A DNA stretch of 63,679 nt, filler included, from Saprolegnia diclina VS20 (taxonomy: Eukaryota), in the NCBI RefSeq assembly GCF_000281045.1. It is 8 parts of 2 records of this genome, joined end to end, with 100 filler letters (N's around TTAATTAATTAA, not from the genome) between each part and the next. Parts side by side here need not be neighbours in the genome. Positions count along the whole stretch, not along the records: positions 56,981 to 61,416 come from NW_008246141.1; positions 61,517 to 63,679 come from NW_008246141.1; 6 more parts are not named here. The stretch is one strand, 5' to 3'. Shown one piece after another: positions 58,780 through 63,679 of this stretch. A program made the position numbers and the translations under genes. Position 1 is the stretch's first letter; each line of letters starts with the position of its first letter. The notes below the pieces were generated by a model, which saw nothing but the letters and a program-made list of their open reading frames with translations, had not been told where the DNA came from and did not search any database.

Positions 58780-60591
58780 TGCTGGGGTTTCAAAGTAACG
58801 GTGGCAGTCCAAACCCCAAATAGAGGTATCCTCCATGTACTTGCGCAACTTTATACGGTCGCACTTTGGATAGTCTCTTCCTCTCGCGGTCAAACAAATA
58901 TAGCGAGAGCGATGACCAGAGACAACAACATCTTCGGGCGAGGCTGCCAAATCTCTGGAATCATAGTGGCAACCAGCGATCTGATTGGTTTTTGGTGGCT
59001 GCAGCCTGGTGACTTCATTCGATCAGATCTCAAGGTGCACCTCCACAAGCACTGGCGGCACGTCGTGGCGACGTTTCGGGCGATGTACGGCGCCAGTGGA
59101 GCGCAGTTGGCAACCGTGCACACGACCACGTGGTCCAGCGACCCCGTATGCTCCTAATGCGCTGCTCAGGTTATCACGATGCTTCGCTTCCTCCCCTCTA
59201 ACATGCAAGTCTTTGTCTTGCATCGATTCTAGTTTTACACACGAAGTCATGCACGAGTTTGCGGCAGCATGCGTCGCATCATATCTTTTGACCCCATGAG
59301 TGCTAGATTCTAGGTGCCGCCAAACGAGAATGCAGTTGCTACAATAGGGCGTGCGTCCATTGAACAAAAAGGGTGGAAATGGTCCCAAGCAGCCAATCCG
59401 CAGCGCAGCGTCGACGTGGTGGTCGCGTCGGTGAGACGAGGCGAGAGCTCATTGGCTGATGCAAGCGAGGGACGTACGCGTCTTCTCACGTCGTGGGGGC
59501 GAGGACAGCGTCGCGCGCGGCATCGGACACCGCGACGGTTGATTCGGAGTTTGTATGCATCATACTGAAACCAAGCTGTTTGGCCCAAGTTCCTACTAGC
59601 TAGCTGGCTCGTCACACGGCTGCCTCGTCTTCGGTCCGCGCGCCTAGTCCTCGAGGTCGTTGGCTCGTCGGCGGCGCGATCGGCTCGTCTTCCACACCGC
59701 CGCCTCGTTCACCTTCATGTTGCTTTAGTCGCCAACGATCCCGCCGCGACACTACGCGGCAGCGTGCCTGCCCAAGGACGGCTGCTCCTCACCGTGACAG
59801 CTACTACAGCAAGAACGGCGGCGGGTGCTACTGTCCGATGTACGACATGTTGCTCGATGCTCGACCCGACCGATGCGATGAAGGCGTGCATGTGTGTCCT
59901 CTACGTAAAAGTAAAAAGGTTATACTTCATGTTAAGCGCAATGCAATGTGTATGAAGCAATGAGGACGTGTAGTCGACGCAGAGAACGCACTAATTGGAG
60001 CCACACGAAGCAGCACCACGGTTGCGGCGGCTACGATCTCTCGTTGGCAGTCGGCGCCCGGAATGCATCTGCCTATGCAGTCCAGTGGCTTGTGTGCGGA
60101 GGGCTCTTTGGGATACCCCGAGTAGGACCTCCGTTGGCAACGGCTGGCTGTCTCTGCAGCAGCGACACAGCGCCGATCTCGCGCCCTAGAGCGCCCGAGG
60201 CAATAGTATGCGAAACCCGACCCTTTGGCAATTGATCGGCAGTGTTTGATTCCTTTCAGAAGTTATAAATTTTCAATGAAGCAAGCCTACGCGCCCACTT
60301 CAAGTGCGCTTCACCAACAGCACTGCAATCGAACAAAGCCTCGAAAACGTCGGTTGTCGTTGTCAGCTGCTCCCCGACGATCGCAACGATACCGCTGGAT
60401 GAAGACGTTGCGTACTCGACGCACCACCATACGGGCGTCGCCGTCGTGGGAAATAAGTGTCAAAATCATATGTTTTTGGCATTGTTGCTATACACTTTAT
60501 CCATGTTAGTGCAGCTCATGATGTAGCTCTACCGGGAACCGAGGTTCTTCACTGCAATAATTTTACAAAGGGTCTTAGCAACAACTTTACA

Positions 60592-61416
60592 CTAGCGATC
60601 CTCAAGTGGTAATGCCATGGCGAAACGACTAGATGTGTCTCGTCTCGCTTCGTAAGCATGCGCCCGACGATGACTCGGGGCCTCGAGCTTGTGGACGCAC
60701 CACGTCTTGACGTCAAAGACGATCCACTGATCTTGATACCGGACACTCAGCAGCCCATTGAGAACCGCCGACGCACGGTCCAAAAAGTACGTTCCATCCC
60801 CATCCAGCCAGCCGTCGTGACTGAAGAGGTACTTGGCCCCGCCACAGAGCAGCATCGACGAGCTCTGAAGTGGTTGCGGACGTTTCCAAAAACAGCGCAC
60901 CAGACCAAAGCAGACGCCGTTGCAGACTAGTACGATCCCCACCAGCATCAGTAGTCGTTGTACTGACCCAATCACGACGCTTCCTGCCACACAGACCACT
61001 TGGTAGTCCAATGTTGCAATCTCACAGACTGGAGATACTGTGATCGTGGCCTGGACCGGCGCCAGTGTCGCCAACAGCGCCGAGATGAGCCACATGAGCA
61101 GACTGTTGATGGTGGCGTACGCGATCGTGTGGTCTTGCGTCCAGACGAGCGAGATGTCGTTGACGATACCGACAAGCCACGTGACTTCATTCGCTGCAAG
61201 ACACGTCGTCCAGAGCGGGACGGGTGTCGTGACAAAGTAGCTGAAGACACCGTCAGTTTGGAGCCCAATCGAGGCGGTTGAGAGAAGACAGAGAGCCGTG
61301 ATACTCCGGACCGCGATTAATGGTCGACCGACCCAGACAATGCCGCCGACGCGACTCATTTCAAACATGTTGAGACCCTCGACGTGGCCACGGGCCAGAA
61401 GAATATACACAAACGT
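60592..61416 (-). CDS. Large modular membrane-protein family member, C-terminal TM bundle
   Basis: Motifs RVGGIVWVGRPLIAVRSITA, AANEVTW and VFDVKTW. Confidence 0.85.
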   Translation of the reverse strand, partial: TFVYILLARGHVEGLNMFEMSRVGGIVWVGRPLIAVRSITALCLLSTASIGLQTDGVFSYFVTTPVPLWTTCLAANEVTWLVGIVNDISLVWTQDHTIAYATINSLLMWLISALLATLAPVQATITVSPVCEIATLDYQVVCVAGSVVIGSVQRLLMLVGIVLVCNGVCFGLVRCFWKRPQPLQSSSMLLCGGAKYLFSHDGWLDGDGTYFLDRASAVLNGLLSVRYQDQWIVFDVKTWCVHKLEAPSHRRAHAYEARRDTSSRFAMALPLEDR

Positions 61417-61460
61417 NNNNNNNNNNNNNNNNNNNNNNNNNNNNNNNNNNNNNNNNNNNN

Positions 61461-61472
61461 TTAATTAATTAA
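61461..61472. other. Artificial contig linker
   Basis: TTAATTAATTAA in an N run. Confidence 0.95.
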
Positions 61473-61516
61473 NNNNNNNNNNNNNNNNNNNNNNNNNNNN
61501 NNNNNNNNNNNNNNNN

Positions 61517-63679
61517 TCTTTGATGTCCAATAAGACACTTCGTCGTCGATCGAGAGGTACGGAGGCGTGAATGAAGCCAACAAAGCTTGTCCTGCCTTGG
61601 ATTCACGCAACTCGGAACCAAACCCAATCTCAAATTCTTCGTTCCAGCACGTTGAGATATCAACGTTCCGAAACAAAGAAGCGAGAAAGACCGCGCCATT
61701 GTTGACCATCGACTTGCATCGTTCTTGGCGCCTGATCGAGTTGGCCATTTCCCATTTTTGATCCAAGTCGAGGTAGCAGTACTGCGTGAAAACCCACGGA
61801 CCGTCACAGCTTTGGACATCTCGAAGCCCTGAGATCGCGTCGTGAAGAGTGGTTAGGGTTGAGTACTGAACTCGGGCGCCTTGCTGGATGGAAAACGCGA
61901 CGGACACCGGCGACAGGTTGAACAGCCCAAGAGCGTTGATTTGCAGGTGGCTGGTGAGTGCGATCGCGGAAATGATGCGACGTGAGTGCTCGTTGAACCA
62001 CTTGGCGAGAAAGAGGTGTGTTCCCGTCATATTGAAGCGCGACCAAACAAGGTCGTTCACCAAGAGGGTTTGGGCGAGTCCGAGGTACGAGCTGCTGCTG
62101 GAGATGACGGCTACAACGTACATTGTCGATACGACGACCCATACCCAGTGGCCCCGGCGAGTCCTGGGTCGTTGACAAGTCGATGCGGTTGGAGAAACAA
62201 GCGTCACCGTTGGCGACGTGTTCAGCAACCGCCAGAGCTTGAGGTCCAAGACGCTTTGGTTCGAAAGCGGAATGAGGCCCGATGAGAGGCGGGCGACGAG
62301 ATCGAGCTGCGGCGCGAGAAACGCGTGACCGACCATGGAGAGCCGTGCGTCGCGCCAGAGCACCGGCGGGTGCCGGGTCGTTTTCAGGTAAGGCTGCAAG
62401 AGCGAAAAACAAAGAACAAAGCCGCATGCTAGACTACCGAGTAGCAAGATGCGATGGAAGTTGCCGAGCTCCACGACAATGCTGTCGCAAACAACGGCAG
62501 AGTAGTCGCCGCTACACGACCGAGAGACCGTGGCTGTCGCCAGCACGGGCCACGTGACATCGACGAGAACCATACAAAGCCAGCCAAGACCTGTCGCGAG
62601 CATACCAATGGTGCGGACGTTCGCCACAGAGCACGGCAGCAGGAGCTCGTGGAGAGCATAGCCCACCCACGTAGCTTCCCACGCAAACAAGAGAGTCATG
62701 AAAAGTGGTCGCGCGTCGAGTGTCAACTGTGCGAAAACGTTGAATGGCCGCTTCACGACTGTGCTGCTGGAGCTCAAGAGCACAATCGCGGTCGCACCTC
62801 GCAATAACAGAAGAGGCCGCCCGAGCCATGTCGAGCCAGCGACGCGACTGAACGCCAACACGTTCGTGACGACGACCATGTCACGCGTCAATGTGGCTGC
62901 GAGAAGCGCGATCATCGTGATGCTTGCCAGTAGCAAGTTGGCGTAGACCAACATGTAGGAGACGCCAATGGACGATCGCTGTAGTCCTGCACTGCTAGGC
63001 GTACGTAAACGCGTGTCGTAAATATCGGATATGAGAACAAGGGTCCCGTTGTCGCCTTGAAACGAGATCACTTCGCGCTCGCCACGCACCCACTCGAAGA
63101 GAATCACCCAGCCGTAGAACGCAAACGAGGACGAATCGAGCAGCGGCTGCAAAAGCAGCCGCCACGTCGTTGCGTCGAGCGCAAACTGCATGAGACTCAC
63201 GTTGAGCAACGCCACGGCGGACGCGGCCCCCATCACTAGTTGCTCGTCGAGAGGCACCGCCGCTGCGAGCGCGGCGGCGGGCGTGAGCGATCCGCTGCAC
63301 CACGTGGAAGTCTCACAAATACTCGCGACCGAATCATTCACAAGTGCGAGTGCCATGACCATCGCGGTGGGTTCAATAAAGAGGTAGGCGGACGTCGTCA
63401 CGGAGCAGTCGTCCGCGATCAGAAATGACGTTAGAACAAACGATGACGGCGAAGACCCTTCGAGACACAACGGGTTGCCGCCATAGAACTGGAGCCCTTG
63501 CCACTTGGGGGGCGTCGGCGTCACATACAGCGCGCCAATGTCAGCGTACGCTTTGGCCGAGGTGGCGTTGAGCGAGTCGTAGACCGCTGCCGAGAGAGCG
63601 CTTGTGAGTTCAATGAGCGCGATCGGTGGCGGCACGACATAGAGATCGATCGATAGAAATGGCCCGAGCACATTCCGCA
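61517..63679 (-). CDS. Large modular membrane-protein family member, internal part spanning a module junction
   Basis: Open across more than 700 codons: LGPFLSIDLY, FYGW/REV/GD, GRPLLLLRGATA and LDLKLW, followed by a new module NDLVW, TQYCYLD, NGAVFLASLFRN. Confidence 0.85.

Overview
This is eukaryotic, GC-rich draft sequence that is most consistent with an oomycete, probably a Saprolegniales water mould. The call rests on short GT-AG introns, Inr/FPR-type core promoters and the gene families present. It is not one contiguous locus: seven artificial 100-nt linkers (N44-TTAATTAATTAA-N44) join separate pieces, and there are many N gaps. Contents in order: a multi-pass membrane protein with a PHTF/7TMIC-like C-terminus; four START+FYVE-like genes; a trypsin cluster with an intact enzyme, a catalytically dead GIP-like copy, fragments and a LINE remnant; a secreted protein; Oxa1; inverted duplicate BT1/FBT-type transporters flanking a duplicated small basic ORF; three purple acid phosphatases; a prolyl 4-hydroxylase-like gene; a class 1A dihydroorotate dehydrogenase; and several members of an uncharacterised large modular membrane-protein family. 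MITE-like elements and a long hairpin are also present. The best novelty candidates are the class 1A DHODH with a predicted C-terminal membrane anchor, the P4H-like enzyme with a tandem-duplicated domain inserted in its catalytic fold, the 7TMIC-like protein and the GIP-like pseudo-trypsin. All family calls come from motif recognition by eye; no database searches were run.
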